From assembly GCA_050246035.1 (NCBI GenBank), contig JBFWWT010000004.1, positions 1,568 to 65,567 on the forward strand: DNA of 64,000 bases, in the 5' to 3' direction. The notes beneath the pieces were generated by a model that saw only the letters and a list, made by a program, of their open reading frames with translations, did no database searches and was not told where the DNA came from. Source of the stretch: Burkholderiales bacterium (GTDB lineage Bacteria; Pseudomonadota; Gammaproteobacteria; Burkholderiales; SG8-39). The position numbers and the translations under genes are program-made. Each line of letters opens with the position of its first letter. The first letter of the stretch is position 1. Below are positions 46,917-56,019 of this stretch, one piece after another.

Positions 46917-47468
46917 CTAGACCTCGATCTTCTCTTTGTGCTCGAGCTCGAGGCCGGTGCGCGCGGCGTACACGCTCTTGATGGTCTCCGAGATGCCCTG
47001 GATGAGCAGCAGCAGGCAGGTGAGCGGCACCACCATCTTGAAGGGCCACAATACCGGCCGCCACGGCGTCTGCTCGGATTCCTCGCCGATGGTGAAGGCA
47101 TACCAGCCCTCGGAGCTGCCCACCAGCATGAACACGAAGATCGACGGGAAGAAGAACACCAGGTAGGCGACCGAATCGATGATGCCCTTGGTGCGGATCG
47201 ACCACTTCTCGAAGAAGAAGTCGGTGCGGATGTGGGCGCCCTTGTGCAGGGCATAGGCCGAGCCCAGCATGAAGATCGTGCCGTAGAGCATGTAGGTGAG
47301 CTCGAACGACCAGATCGTGGGCGCATTGAAGGCGTAGCGCGCGATGACCTCGTAGACCACCACGAATACGAGCGGCAAGTTGAGCCACGCGACCAGCGTG
47401 CCCGTGCTGTCGGTGAACTTGTCCACGATGCGGACGAGCCGGATCTGGAACGGGACCGGTTCTGCCAT
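46917..47468 (-). CDS. TRAP transporter small permease (DctQ family)
   Basis: 183 aa with 4 hydrophobic helices, positioned between the DctP-type and DctM-type genes. Confidence 0.85.
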   Translation of the reverse strand: MAEPVPFQIRLVRIVDKFTDSTGTLVAWLNLPLVFVVVYEVIARYAFNAPTIWSFELTYMLYGTIFMLGSAYALHKGAHIRTDFFFEKWSIRTKGIIDSVAYLVFFFPSIFVFMLVGSSEGWYAFTIGEESEQTPWRPVLWPFKMVVPLTCLLLLIQGISETIKSVYAARTGLELEHKEKIEV

Positions 47469-47479
47469 GTCCTGCCTCT

Positions 47480-47513
47480 ACACAATAAAACGGGGGCGGA
47501 TGACCGCCCCCGT
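47480..47513 (-). terminator. Intercistronic hairpin / partial terminator between the TRAP binding-protein and permease genes
   Basis: On the minus strand: ACGGGGGCGG-TCAT-CCGCCCCCGT followed by TTTATTGTGT. It lies 17 nt after the SBP gene stop. Confidence 0.6.
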
Positions 47514-47530
47514 GCCCGAGGCTTGCTCGC

Positions 47531-48646
47531 CTACTTCTTCCGTGCCGCCGGCTTGGCCGGGCGCTCGGGGAAGTAGTAGTTCGGAATGAACTGCGACGGC
47601 GGGAACATGAAGCGCTTCGCCGGCACCACGAGCGACGCGTAGGCGCGCTGCGAGTCGAGCACCTTCTTGAAGAAGGGGTTCTTCGCGCTCTCCTCGGCGG
47701 CGATCTTGTCCCAGGTCTTCAGGAACTCGATCAGGATGGCGGGCGGGGTGCGCAGGATCTGCACGCCATGCTTTTCCTGCAGCTCCTTGAGGGCGTCGGC
47801 GTTCTGCCGCTGCCACTTCGCCCACCAGATGATGAAGGTCTCGCTGGCGATGGACTTCATCAGCTCCTGGTGCTCGGGCTTCATCGCGCGCCACACGTCG
47901 CCGTTGATCAGCACCTCGCCGATGGTGACGTTCTCGTGCGCGCCGGGCGTGTAGTGGTACTTCCACACGTTCTGGAAGCCCAGGCGCAGGTCCTCGACGC
48001 CGCCCACCCACTCGGCGCAGTCGATCACGCCGCGCTGCGCGGCGGGGATGATCTCGCCGCCCGGCATGTTGACCGTGGTCATGCCCATCTTCTGCCACAC
48101 CTCGGCCGCCATGCCGGTCTGCCGGCACTTCATGCCCCTGAAGTCGGCCAGGTTCTTGATCGGGCGCTTGAACCAGCCGAAGGCCTGCGGTCCGGAAGGC
48201 AGGATCGGAATCCACTGCACGTTGAGCTTGAGTTCCTTCTGGAAGAACTCGTTGCACAGCTCGATTCCGCCGCCGTGGTGCATCCAGCCGAGCGCATCGA
48301 TCATGTCCATGCCGAACGTGCCGCCCGGGCCGCCGGTGCAAAGGATCGCGGTCTTGTTCTTGCCGACCCAGTAGCCCGACCAGGCGTGCGCGCCATCGAG
48401 CACCTTCTTGTGCGTGGCGTCCAGCACCTCGAAGGCCGGCACGACCTGGCCGGCGGGCATCGCATCGATCTTCAGGGCACCGCCCGAAGTCTTGTGGATG
48501 CGATCGACGAAGTAGGTGAAGTTCTCGTAGAGCGTCAGGCTGGCAGGCCAGGTGGCCTGCATCTTCAGACTGGTTTGCGCCTGCGCGCCCACGCTGAATG
48601 CTGCCGCGGCCGCGATGACCGCAGCCGAACGAACGAACTGCCTCAT
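47531..48646 (-). CDS. TRAP transporter substrate-binding protein (DctP superfamily, TakP/COG4663-like)
   Basis: Signal peptide ...AAAAAFSVGAQAQ, 371 aa, preceded by the SD sequence AGGGAGGGGGAG. Confidence 0.9.
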   Translation of the reverse strand: MRQFVRSAAVIAAAAAFSVGAQAQTSLKMQATWPASLTLYENFTYFVDRIHKTSGGALKIDAMPAGQVVPAFEVLDATHKKVLDGAHAWSGYWVGKNKTAILCTGGPGGTFGMDMIDALGWMHHGGGIELCNEFFQKELKLNVQWIPILPSGPQAFGWFKRPIKNLADFRGMKCRQTGMAAEVWQKMGMTTVNMPGGEIIPAAQRGVIDCAEWVGGVEDLRLGFQNVWKYHYTPGAHENVTIGEVLINGDVWRAMKPEHQELMKSIASETFIIWWAKWQRQNADALKELQEKHGVQILRTPPAILIEFLKTWDKIAAEESAKNPFFKKVLDSQRAYASLVVPAKRFMFPPSQFIPNYYFPERPAKPAARKK

Positions 48647-48685
48647 GACTCCCCCTCCCTAAGATGGTTTCGCAAGGCGAAACGC

Positions 48686-48714
48686 AGACTACACGTTCGA
48701 ATTTGCCCGGTCAA
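48686..48714 (-). promoter_or_regulatory. Candidate promoter of the TRAP operon (TTGACC-17 nt-TAGTCT) followed by a 5' stem-loop
   Basis: Hexamers at 48709-48714 and 48686-48691 on the minus strand. The predicted transcript starts at the hairpin GTTTCGC-CTT-GCGAAAC (48667-48683). Confidence 0.4.
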
Positions 48715-48741
48715 CCGGATAAGCGTCCCGGGTGCGCGCGG

Positions 48742-49518
48742 TCAATCCAGCCGTGCGACGACGCCCTGCAGCTCCCGAGACGGCGCGGGGTAGCGCGCCA
48801 TCACCAGCGGGTCGTGACCGGGAATCACGTGCGCATCCGAATCGGCGAGCGCGCGCGCCTTGCGCCAGCCCTCGACCATGTCGCCGACGTTGTAGACGAT
48901 CGGAAACGGGCGCCGCTGCTCCATGTTCGCGTAGTAATGGCTGGCATCGGAGGCGAGCACCACCCGGCCGCGCCGCGTCGCGACGCGCACGATCTGCAGC
49001 CCCATCGTGTGGCCGCCCACGTGGTGCAGGCTCAGCCCGGGCGCAAGCTCCCCTTCTCCGTCGTGAAACCGCACGCGCCCGGCATACACGCGGCGCACCA
49101 TGCCGACCACGTCCTCCACCTCGTAAGGATGTCGCATCGCCTCCACGCCCATGCACCGGCCGGCGGCGTATTGCATCTCCAGGTCCTGGAGGTGGAAGGT
49201 GGCGCGCGGGAAAAGATCGAAGTTGCCGACATGGTCGTAATGCAGGTGCGTGATCACGACGTCCTGTACCGCGGCCGCGTCGACGCCCATGCGCGCGAGC
49301 CCTGCCTCGACCGGCAGCGTGACGCGGCGACCGCGCTTGGCGGCGACTGCCGCGTTGAAGCCGGTGTCGACGACCACCTCGCGCCCGCCGCCGCGGATCA
49401 GCCACACGAAGTAGTCCATCGGCATCGGGCCGTCGTGCGGATCGCCGCCGAGGAAGTTCTCCTTGGCGGTGCGCGCGTGATGCGCGTACTTGATCGCGTA
49501 GACCTCGTAGGCGCTCAT
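48742..49518 (-). CDS. MBL-fold metallo-hydrolase (N-acyl homoserine lactonase-like)
   Basis: HLHYDH metal motif. ATGA overlap with the tyrS stop. Confidence 0.8.
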   Translation of the reverse strand: MSAYEVYAIKYAHHARTAKENFLGGDPHDGPMPMDYFVWLIRGGGREVVVDTGFNAAVAAKRGRRVTLPVEAGLARMGVDAAAVQDVVITHLHYDHVGNFDLFPRATFHLQDLEMQYAAGRCMGVEAMRHPYEVEDVVGMVRRVYAGRVRFHDGEGELAPGLSLHHVGGHTMGLQIVRVATRRGRVVLASDASHYYANMEQRRPFPIVYNVGDMVEGWRKARALADSDAHVIPGHDPLVMARYPAPSRELQGVVARLD

Positions 49519-50729
49519 GCGATCGTAATGCGCGCGAACTTGCGCTTGCCCACCTGCGCGACCACGGTCTCGCCGGCGGCAAGCTTCAATGCCTTGTCGC
49601 TCAGGCGCTCGCCGTCCAGGCGCACGCCGCCCTGCTCGATGTTGCGCACGGCCTCCGACACGCTTGGTGCGAGCCCCGCCTGCTTGAGCGCCTGGGCGAT
49701 GGCCAGGCCGCCGGCTGGCGCCCGCAGGGTGACTTCCGGCATGTCTTCGGGCGCCTGCCCGTGTCGAAAGCGCTGCTCGAATTCCGCCGCGGCGCGCTCC
49801 GCGGCCGCCGCGGAATGGAAGCGCGCCACGATCTCCCTGGCGAATCGCACTTTCACGTCGCGCGGATTCGCGCCCGCCGCGACTTCCTGGCGCCAGCGCT
49901 TGACGGCCGCCGAGGGCTCGAACGAAAGTAGCTCGATGTAGCGCCACATCAGCTCGTCGGAGACCGACATGAGCTTGCCGAAGATCTCGCCCGGCGGCTC
50001 GTCGATGCCGACGTAGTTGCCGAGCGACTTCGACATCTTGTTCACGCCGTCCAGGCCTTCCAGCAGCGGCAGGGTGAGAATGCACTGCGGCTCCTGGCCG
50101 AAATCCTTCTGCAGCTCGCGGCCGACGAGCAGGTTGAACTTCTGGTCGGTGCCGCCCAGCTCGACGTCGGCCTTCATGGCGACCGAGTCGTAGCCCTGCA
50201 TCAGGGGATAGAGCAGCTCGTGCACGGCGATCGGCTGGCTCGCGCGCATGCGCTTGGCGAAATCTTCGCGCTCGAGCAGCCGCGCCACCGTGTAGCGCGC
50301 GGCGAGCCGGATCATGCCTTCGGCGCCGAGCTTGTCGGACCACTCCGAGTTGAACATCACCTGGGTGCGCTCCGGATCGAGGATCTTCGACATCTGCGCG
50401 CGATAGCTCTTCGCGTTCTCGAGGATCTGCTCGCGCGACAGGGGCGGGCGCGTCTGATTCTTGCCCGTCGGGTCGCCGATCATGCCGGTGAAGTCGCCGA
50501 TCAGGAACTGCACGTGGTGGCCGAGCTCCTGGAAGTGGCGCAGCTTGTTGAGCACCACGGTGTGCCCGAGGTGGAGGTCGGGCGCGGTGGGGTCGAGCCC
50601 GAGCTTGACGCGCAGCGGCGCGCCGCGCGCGAGCTTGCGGGCGAGTTCCTCCTCGACGATCAATTCCTCGGCGCCGCGCTTGATGAGCTCGAGGGCCTCG
50701 GCGACCGGGACGTTCGTGGTTTGCCGCAC
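49515..50729 (-). CDS. tyrS: Tyrosine--tRNA ligase
   Basis: HLGH (HIGH) and KMSKS motifs plus a C-terminal S4-like domain. Confidence 0.95.
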   Translation of the reverse strand: MRQTTNVPVAEALELIKRGAEELIVEEELARKLARGAPLRVKLGLDPTAPDLHLGHTVVLNKLRHFQELGHHVQFLIGDFTGMIGDPTGKNQTRPPLSREQILENAKSYRAQMSKILDPERTQVMFNSEWSDKLGAEGMIRLAARYTVARLLEREDFAKRMRASQPIAVHELLYPLMQGYDSVAMKADVELGGTDQKFNLLVGRELQKDFGQEPQCILTLPLLEGLDGVNKMSKSLGNYVGIDEPPGEIFGKLMSVSDELMWRYIELLSFEPSAAVKRWRQEVAAGANPRDVKVRFAREIVARFHSAAAAERAAAEFEQRFRHGQAPEDMPEVTLRAPAGGLAIAQALKQAGLAPSVSEAVRNIEQGGVRLDGERLSDKALKLAAGETVVAQVGKRKFARITIA

Positions 50730-50788
50730 CGGGTATTCTTGGCTAGACTGCCGCAGGCATCTGAATAAAAAAGAATTCTAGCCGATCC

Positions 50789-52054
50789 GTGATCCGCCAC
50801 GTCTCGCTCAAGCGCCTCGCCCTGCTCGCCGCGCTCGCGCTGTCCGGGGCGGTCGTCGCCTTCGCCACCATCGCGCCCTCGCCGCAGGCCGAGGCATCAC
50901 TCCTGCAGCGCGCGGTCGTCGAGCCCCTCATCCTGCAGCCGGCGGCCTCCGTGCTGCCCGAGCCCCCCGTGTATCGCAGCGAGGCGCGTTTCGTGCGCGG
51001 CGACACGCTCTCCGCGCTCCTCGGGCGCCTGGGCGTCGCGCCCGATGACGCGCGCCGGCTCGCGCGCGTGCCCTCGATGCGGTATCTGCGTACCGGCTAT
51101 ACGGTCACGGCCGAGCTCGGACCGGACGGCGAGCTGCGCTGGCTGAGCTTCCTCTCGGCGCGCGACCGGCGGATGCGCATCGAGCGAGCGGACGAGGGCT
51201 TTCGCGCCGAGGAGCGGCCCATCGAGCTGCAGACCGGAATCGAGGTGCGCTCGGGCGTCATCCGCAGCTCGCTCTTCGGCGCAACCGACGCCGCCGGCAT
51301 CCCGGACGCGGTCGCCATGCAGCTGGCCGATGTCTTCGCCGGCGACGTCGATTTCCATCGCGAGCTGCGCCAGGGCGACCGGTTCTCCGTCATCTACGAG
51401 CAATACTGGCTCGACGGTCGCCCCTTGTACGCGGGCCGCGTGCTCGGCGCGGAGTTCGTCAACCAGGGGCGCGTGCTGCGCGCGGTGCACTACGCGCGCG
51501 AGAAGGGCGGCAACGGCTACTACGCCCCCGACGGCAGCAACCTGCGCAAGGCCTTCCTGCGCTCTCCCCTCGAGTACACGCGCATCAGCTCCCGATTCGG
51601 CATGCGCCGGCATCCGTTCCAGCGCGGCTGGCGCGCGCACACCGGGGTCGACTATGCGGCGCCGACGGGCACGCGGGTGCGCGCGGCGGGCGACGGGATC
51701 GTCGAGTTCGCGGGCTGGAAGGGCGGGTACGGCAAGGCGGTGATCCTGCGCCACCGCAGCCGCTACTCGACGCTGTATGGGCACCTTTCGAGGATCGAGC
51801 CCGGCCTGCATCGCGGGCAGCGCGTCGCGCAGGGCGAGGTCATCGGCCGCGTCGGCAGCACCGGGTGGGCGACGGGGCCGCACCTGCACTACGAGTTCCA
51901 CGTGGGCGGCCAGGCGCGCAATCCCTACGCCATCGCCATGCCGGCCGGCGAGCCGGTACCGGAGGCGGAGCTCGCTGCGTTCCGCCGCCAGGCCGAGCCG
52001 CTCATCGCGCGGCTGGAGCGGCTCGCGGCGTATCAGCTCGCGCAGACGGAGTGA
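50789..52054 (+). CDS. M23 family metallopeptidase
   Basis: HTGVDYAAPTGTRVRAAGDG...GPHLHYEF, an N-terminal TM/signal segment and a GTG start. The tyrS / M23-anmK arrangement is conserved. Confidence 0.85.
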   Translation: MIRHVSLKRLALLAALALSGAVVAFATIAPSPQAEASLLQRAVVEPLILQPAASVLPEPPVYRSEARFVRGDTLSALLGRLGVAPDDARRLARVPSMRYLRTGYTVTAELGPDGELRWLSFLSARDRRMRIERADEGFRAEERPIELQTGIEVRSGVIRSSLFGATDAAGIPDAVAMQLADVFAGDVDFHRELRQGDRFSVIYEQYWLDGRPLYAGRVLGAEFVNQGRVLRAVHYAREKGGNGYYAPDGSNLRKAFLRSPLEYTRISSRFGMRRHPFQRGWRAHTGVDYAAPTGTRVRAAGDGIVEFAGWKGGYGKAVILRHRSRYSTLYGHLSRIEPGLHRGQRVAQGEVIGRVGSTGWATGPHLHYEFHVGGQARNPYAIAMPAGEPVPEAELAAFRRQAEPLIARLERLAAYQLAQTE

Positions 52055-53142
52055 GCGGCACGCTCTACGCCGGGCTCATGTCCGGCACGAGCCTCGATGG
52101 CGTCGACGCGATTCTGCTGGAACTGGGCGGAGCGCGGCCCATAGGCCGTGCGCATGCCTACGAGCCGTTCGACGCCGAGCTGCGCACGGAGCTGCTCGCC
52201 CTGAACACGCGGGGCACGGACGAGCTCGAGCGCGCGGCCGCGTGCGGCAATCGGCTGGCGCATCGCTACGCGGTGGCGATCGAAGCGCTGCTTGCGCGTG
52301 CGGTGGTGCAGCGGCACGAGGTGCGCGCGATCGGCTGTCACGGTCAGACCGTGCGCCACCGGCCGGAGGCGGGCTACACGCTGCAGATCGGCAATGCCGC
52401 GCGCCTCGCCGAGCTCTCGGGCATCACGGTGGTCGCCGACTTTCGCAGCCGCGACGTGGCGGCCGGCGGCCAGGGCGCGCCCCTCGCGCCCGCGTTCCAC
52501 GCGGTCATGTTCGGCGGCGCGGAGCATCGAGCAGTCCTCAACCTGGGCGGCATGGCCAACCTGACGTGGCTGCCGGCGGGGGGCGAGGTGCGCGGGTTCG
52601 ACACCGGCCCCGGCAATTGCCTGATGGATCTCTGGGCGCAGATCCATCTTCAACAGCCGCTCGATCGCGACGGCGCGTGGGCGGCGCGCGGCAAGGTGGA
52701 TGCGGACCTGCTCGAGGCGCTGCTCGCCGAGCCCTATTTCGCGCAGTCGCCGCCGAAGAGCACGGGGCGCGACCTGTTCAACGAGGCCTGGCTGCGCCGG
52801 CGGCTGCCCGGCGGCGTCGAGCCGCAGGCGGTGCAGGCGACGCTCCTCGAGCTCACGGCAAGGACCATCGAGCGCGCCCTCCGCGCGCATTGTCCCGGTG
52901 CCCGGCGCCTCATCGCCTGCGGCGGCGGCGTACGCAACGCGAGTCTCATGGCGCGCCTGCGCGCGCTGCTCGCACCCCTGCCGGTCGAGACGAGCGAGCC
53001 GCACGGCCTGGACCCGGCCTGGGTAGAGGCGGCAGCCTTCGCCTGGCTCGCGCGCGAGGCGCTGGAGGGCCGGCCGGGAAATCTGCCGGCGGTCACCGGC
53101 GCGCGCGGCCCGAGGATCCTGGGCGCGATCTACCCGGCGTAG
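52051..53142 (+). CDS. anmK: Anhydro-N-acetylmuramic acid kinase
   Basis: YAGLMSGTSLDGVDA...GCHGQTVRH...GGGVRN. The GTG start overlaps the M23 gene stop (GTGA). Confidence 0.9.
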   Translation: MSGTLYAGLMSGTSLDGVDAILLELGGARPIGRAHAYEPFDAELRTELLALNTRGTDELERAAACGNRLAHRYAVAIEALLARAVVQRHEVRAIGCHGQTVRHRPEAGYTLQIGNAARLAELSGITVVADFRSRDVAAGGQGAPLAPAFHAVMFGGAEHRAVLNLGGMANLTWLPAGGEVRGFDTGPGNCLMDLWAQIHLQQPLDRDGAWAARGKVDADLLEALLAEPYFAQSPPKSTGRDLFNEAWLRRRLPGGVEPQAVQATLLELTARTIERALRAHCPGARRLIACGGGVRNASLMARLRALLAPLPVETSEPHGLDPAWVEAAAFAWLAREALEGRPGNLPAVTGARGPRILGAIYPA

Positions 53143-53149
53143 AAAACAC

Positions 53150-53171
53150 AAAGGGGGCGTAGGCCCCCTTT
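53150..53171. terminator. Shared (bidirectional) terminator hairpin between the convergent anmK and erpA genes
   Basis: AAAGGGGGC-GTAG-GCCCCCTTT. The T-rich tract is stronger on the minus strand (TTTGTGTTTTCT). Confidence 0.7.
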
Positions 53172-53196
53172 GCGAATTGCGACGGTTCGAGAACGG

Positions 53197-53547
53197 CTAG
53201 GCGGAGAAAGACGAGCCGCAGCCGCAGGTGGTCGTGGCGTTCGGATTCTTGATGACGAACTGCGCGCCCTCGAGGCCTTCCTGGTAATCGATCTCCGCGC
53301 CCACCAGATACTGGTAGCTCATGGGATCGATGAGGAGCGTGACCCCGTCCTTCTGCATGACGGTATCGTCCTCGTTCTGCACCTCGTCGAAGGTAAAGCC
53401 GTACTGGAAGCCGGAGCAGCCGCCGCCGGAGACGAACACGCGCAGCTTGAGCTCCGCATTGCCTTCTTCCTCGATCAGCTGCTTGACCTTGCCCGCCGCG
53501 TTGTCGGTGAAGACCAGCGGCGCCGGCATCTCGGTGACTGCGTTCAT
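53197..53547 (-). CDS. erpA: Iron-sulfur cluster insertion protein ErpA
   Basis: [16 protein letters not shown]...CGCGSSF C-terminal signature. Confidence 0.95.
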   Translation of the reverse strand: MNAVTEMPAPLVFTDNAAGKVKQLIEEEGNAELKLRVFVSGGGCSGFQYGFTFDEVQNEDDTVMQKDGVTLLIDPMSYQYLVGAEIDYQEGLEGAQFVIKNPNATTTCGCGSSFSA

Positions 53548-53575
53548 GTGTGTCGCTCCGTCGTTTCCCTGTCTG

Positions 53576-53989
53576 TCAGCGCGGCTTGTCGCCGCCCGCG
53601 GCGAGCTTCAGCTCGACGCCCTTCACCTCGACCCCGCCCTGGTGCACGAGGCGGCCTTCCACCACCGCGCCCTGCTGGATCTCGAGGTTCTTGTAGTGCA
53701 CGTCTCCTTTGACGCGCGAGCCCGTCTGGAGTTCAAGCGTCTCCGAGGCATGCACCGGCCCCACGATCGTGCCGTTCACGACGATGTGCGCCGCGGACAC
53801 CTCGCCGTCGATGCGCGCCTGCTCCGAGACCACCAGCGTGCCCGGCTGGTCGGGCAGCGCGGCGACATTGCCGCGCACCGCGCCGTCCACGCGCAGCCCG
53901 CCGCTGAAAAAGAGATTGCCCTCGATGCGCGTCGTGGCCCCGATCAGGCTGTCGATCCGGCTCTGCGGCTTCGAGCTCTTGCTGAACAT
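53576..53989 (-). CDS. Bactofilin family polymer-forming protein
   Basis: Repetitive beta-helix pattern ([21 protein letters not shown]...[18 protein letters not shown]...). Confidence 0.85.
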   Translation of the reverse strand: MFSKSSKPQSRIDSLIGATTRIEGNLFFSGGLRVDGAVRGNVAALPDQPGTLVVSEQARIDGEVSAAHIVVNGTIVGPVHASETLELQTGSRVKGDVHYKNLEIQQGAVVEGRLVHQGGVEVKGVELKLAAGGDKPR

Positions 53990-54003
53990 GCGCGGCTCCT
54001 TTC

Positions 54004-54768
54004 TCAGCTCGGCGACGCGGTCTGCGCCGCCTTGATCTGGTCCGACGTCCCCTCGTAGACCCGCACCTGCACGCTGTCCACCTTGGCCTTCGGGTCCACG
54101 CGAAAGATGCCCTCGACGCGATGGAAGTGCCTGAATGCCAACCGGAAAGCTTCGGCGCTCGGGTCGCCGGGCTCAGGGAAAGTCATCATAGCATTTTTGC
54201 CCCCCTCGGACAGGGAGACCACCAGCTCCAGGCGGCCCTGGAAATCGCGATCGCGGCGGCTGCCGGGCGCGAGCAAGAGCAGCAGCCGATAGCGGTATTC
54301 CCCCGGCAGCACGTCGGGTACCACGCTGAAGCGGTTGATGCTGAGCGGGTTCGCGGCGCGCGATTCCGCCGACAGCATGCTCTCGAAGATCGCGAGCTCC
54401 TCGCGCAGCCGCGCGGCTTCCTGCTCGAGCCCGCGAATCTGCTGGGCGAGCTTGAGCTGCGCCGTGCGCTCTATCGCGAGCCGGCTGTCGGCCGCGTTGG
54501 CGACCGCGCGCAGCCGGTCCACCTCGGCGCGCGTCCCCTCCAGGTCGCGGCGCGTCCTGTCCAGCTCCTGCTCGACCTCGCTGCGGTCGAAGCCCGCGAA
54601 CCGGCGCCCGGCGTCGTACATCCAAGCCGCCAGGACCGCGGAGCAGGCCAGAACCACGATGAGGCCCGTCCAGCGCAGGTACCAGGCGACCTCGGAGCGC
54701 ACGGACACGCGCGGCGCGGCGATGCCGAAGCGCCGCCGCCACTTGGTCAGCCTGGTGCCGATGCGCAT
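54004..54768 (-). CDS. Hypothetical membrane-anchored coiled-coil protein
   Basis: One TM helix (WTGLIVVLACSAVLAAW) followed by a heptad-like segment. It is conserved upstream of the bactofilin and erpA genes. Confidence 0.65.
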   Translation of the reverse strand: MRIGTRLTKWRRRFGIAAPRVSVRSEVAWYLRWTGLIVVLACSAVLAAWMYDAGRRFAGFDRSEVEQELDRTRRDLEGTRAEVDRLRAVANAADSRLAIERTAQLKLAQQIRGLEQEAARLREELAIFESMLSAESRAANPLSINRFSVVPDVLPGEYRYRLLLLLAPGSRRDRDFQGRLELVVSLSEGGKNAMMTFPEPGDPSAEAFRLAFRHFHRVEGIFRVDPKAKVDSVQVRVYEGTSDQIKAAQTASPS

Positions 54769-54794
54769 GTGCCGATGATGCCCTTCACGACCCG

Positions 54795-54824
54795 GAAAGC
54801 AAAAGGCCGCCAGACGGCGGCCTT
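54795..54824 (-). terminator. Rho-independent terminator of rplM-rpsI
   Basis: On the minus strand: AAGGCCGCC-GTCT-GGCGGCCTT followed by TTGCTTTC. Confidence 0.75.
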
Positions 54825-54855
54825 GTGCAGCTTCGCGATGCCTGCGCGCGCGTGC

Positions 54856-55248
54856 TCAGCGCTTGGAGTACTGTTTGCGCCGGCGCGCCTTGTGCAGGCC
54901 GACCTTCTTGCGTTCCACCGCGCGCGCGTCGCGCGTCACCAGGCCGGCGGCGCTCAGCACGGGCTTGAGCCCCGCGTCGTACTCGACGAGCGCGCGCGCG
55001 ATGCCATGGCGCACCGCGCCCGCCTGGCCGTTCTCGCCGCCGCCGTAGACGTTCACCAGGATGTCGAAGCTGGCGGCGTTCTTCGTCACCTCCAGCGGCT
55101 GGCGCACGATCATGCGGCCCGTGTCGCGTGAGAAGAACTCGTCGACGGGCTTGCCGTTGACGACGATCGCGCCCTTGCCGGGCTTGAGAAAGACGCGGGC
55201 CACGGCGCTCTTGCGCCGCCCCGTGCCGTAGTAGTAGTCGCCGACCAT
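54856..55248 (-). CDS. rpsI: 30S ribosomal protein S9
   Basis: ...[19 protein letters not shown]...[18 protein letters not shown]. Confidence 0.97.
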   Translation of the reverse strand: MVGDYYYGTGRRKSAVARVFLKPGKGAIVVNGKPVDEFFSRDTGRMIVRQPLEVTKNAASFDILVNVYGGGENGQAGAVRHGIARALVEYDAGLKPVLSAAGLVTRDARAVERKKVGLHKARRRKQYSKR

Positions 55249-55258
55249 GGATGCGTCC

Positions 55259-55687
55259 TCAGATTTCCAGCGCCTTGGGCTGCTGCGCGGTATGCGGGTG
55301 GTTCGCCGCGCCGTAGACCTTCAGCTTCTTCAGCATGGCGTAGCCGAGGGGGCCCTTCGGCAGCATGCCCTTCACCGCCAGCTCCAGCGCGCGCTCGGGA
55401 TGGCGTGCCTGCAGCTTGGCGAAACTCGTCTCGCGCAGGCCGCCGGGATGACCCGTGTGCCGGTAATACATCTTGTCCTGCGCTTTCCTGCCCGTGACGC
55501 GGATCTTCGCCGCGTTCACCACGACCACGTAGTCGCCGGTGTCCACGTGCGGCGTGTACTCGGGTTTGTGCTTGCCGCGCAGGCGCGACGCGATCTGCGA
55601 GGCGAGCCGCCCGAGCACCTTGCCCTCGGCGTTCACCAGGTACCATGCATGCGTCACGTCCTGGGGTTTGGCTGCGAAAGTCTTCAT
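55259..55687 (-). CDS. rplM: 50S ribosomal protein L13
   Basis: [18 protein letters not shown]...HTGHPGG. Start at ATG 55687. Confidence 0.97.
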   Translation of the reverse strand: MKTFAAKPQDVTHAWYLVNAEGKVLGRLASQIASRLRGKHKPEYTPHVDTGDYVVVVNAAKIRVTGRKAQDKMYYRHTGHPGGLRETSFAKLQARHPERALELAVKGMLPKGPLGYAMLKKLKVYGAANHPHTAQQPKALEI

Positions 55688-55715
55688 TGACCTGACTGCC
55701 GGAGAAAAGTCGCGA

Positions 55716-55744
55716 ATTTTAGGCGAGGGGCTCGCGAGCGTCAA
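55716..55744 (-). promoter_or_regulatory. Candidate sigma70 promoter of rplM-rpsI (TTGACG-17 nt-TAAAAT)
   Basis: Minus-strand hexamers at 55739-55744 and 55716-55721 with an exact 17-nt spacer. Confidence 0.6.
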
Positions 55745-55758
55745 ACCCTTGTTCGGAC

Positions 55759-55864
55759 AAAAAAAAAGCGCAACCCGAAGGTTGCGCTTGAATCCACCAA
55801 AGGAGGAGGGTGGAGTACTGCAAATCGCGCGGCGCAAGGAGGAGGAGGATATGCGCCTGCGACG
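55759..55864 (-). ncRNA. Candidate trans-acting sRNA (about 106 nt) with two CCUCCUCC anti-SD loops and an intrinsic terminator
   Basis: Minus strand, hairpin 1: GGCGCA[UAUCCUCCUCCUCCU]UGCGCC. Hairpin 2: UCCACC[CUCCUCCUUU]GGUGGA. Terminator: AAGCGCAACC[UUCG]GGUUGCGCUU plus a U tract. It has its own promoter upstream and sits in a local GC dip. Confidence 0.7.
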
Positions 55865-55870
55865 AGGCGA

Positions 55871-55899
55871 ATTATGCCCCTTTGAATGGTGCGTTGCAA
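55871..55899 (-). promoter_or_regulatory. Candidate sigma70 promoter of the sRNA (TTGCAA-17 nt-CATAAT)
   Basis: Minus-strand -35 at 55894-55899 and -10 at 55871-55876 with a 17-nt spacer. The predicted TSS is near 55864. Confidence 0.6.
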
Positions 55900-56019
55900 T
55901 AACAGAGGCTCTTTCATTTCGCAGGAGAGTGATAACTTCCTTTATCCCTCAATAACCTCAATGCCACGCGGCCCTTTGCATTGCACTGCACAACTATCTG
56001 ATTTGACTGGAGGAATTCG

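Noticed and set aside
50730-50788. Inverted repeat GGCTAGA...TCTAGCC (29-nt spacer) and an A-rich run in the tyrS / M23 peptidase divergent region.
   Set aside because: The arms are short and the loop is long. It is more likely a chance feature within two divergent promoters. No T-box or other recognisable leader structure upstream of tyrS could be supported.
55851-55955. Plus-strand 34-codon ORF ([34 protein letters not shown]) preceded by an apparently excellent SD sequence, AGGAGGAGGAGGAT.
   Set aside because: The 'SD' is just the complement of the CU-rich loop of the minus-strand sRNA candidate. The region has a minus-strand promoter and a minus-strand-oriented terminator (the U9 tract is on that strand only). 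The ORF has AT-rich third positions, unlike real genes here. I cannot fully exclude it without conservation data.
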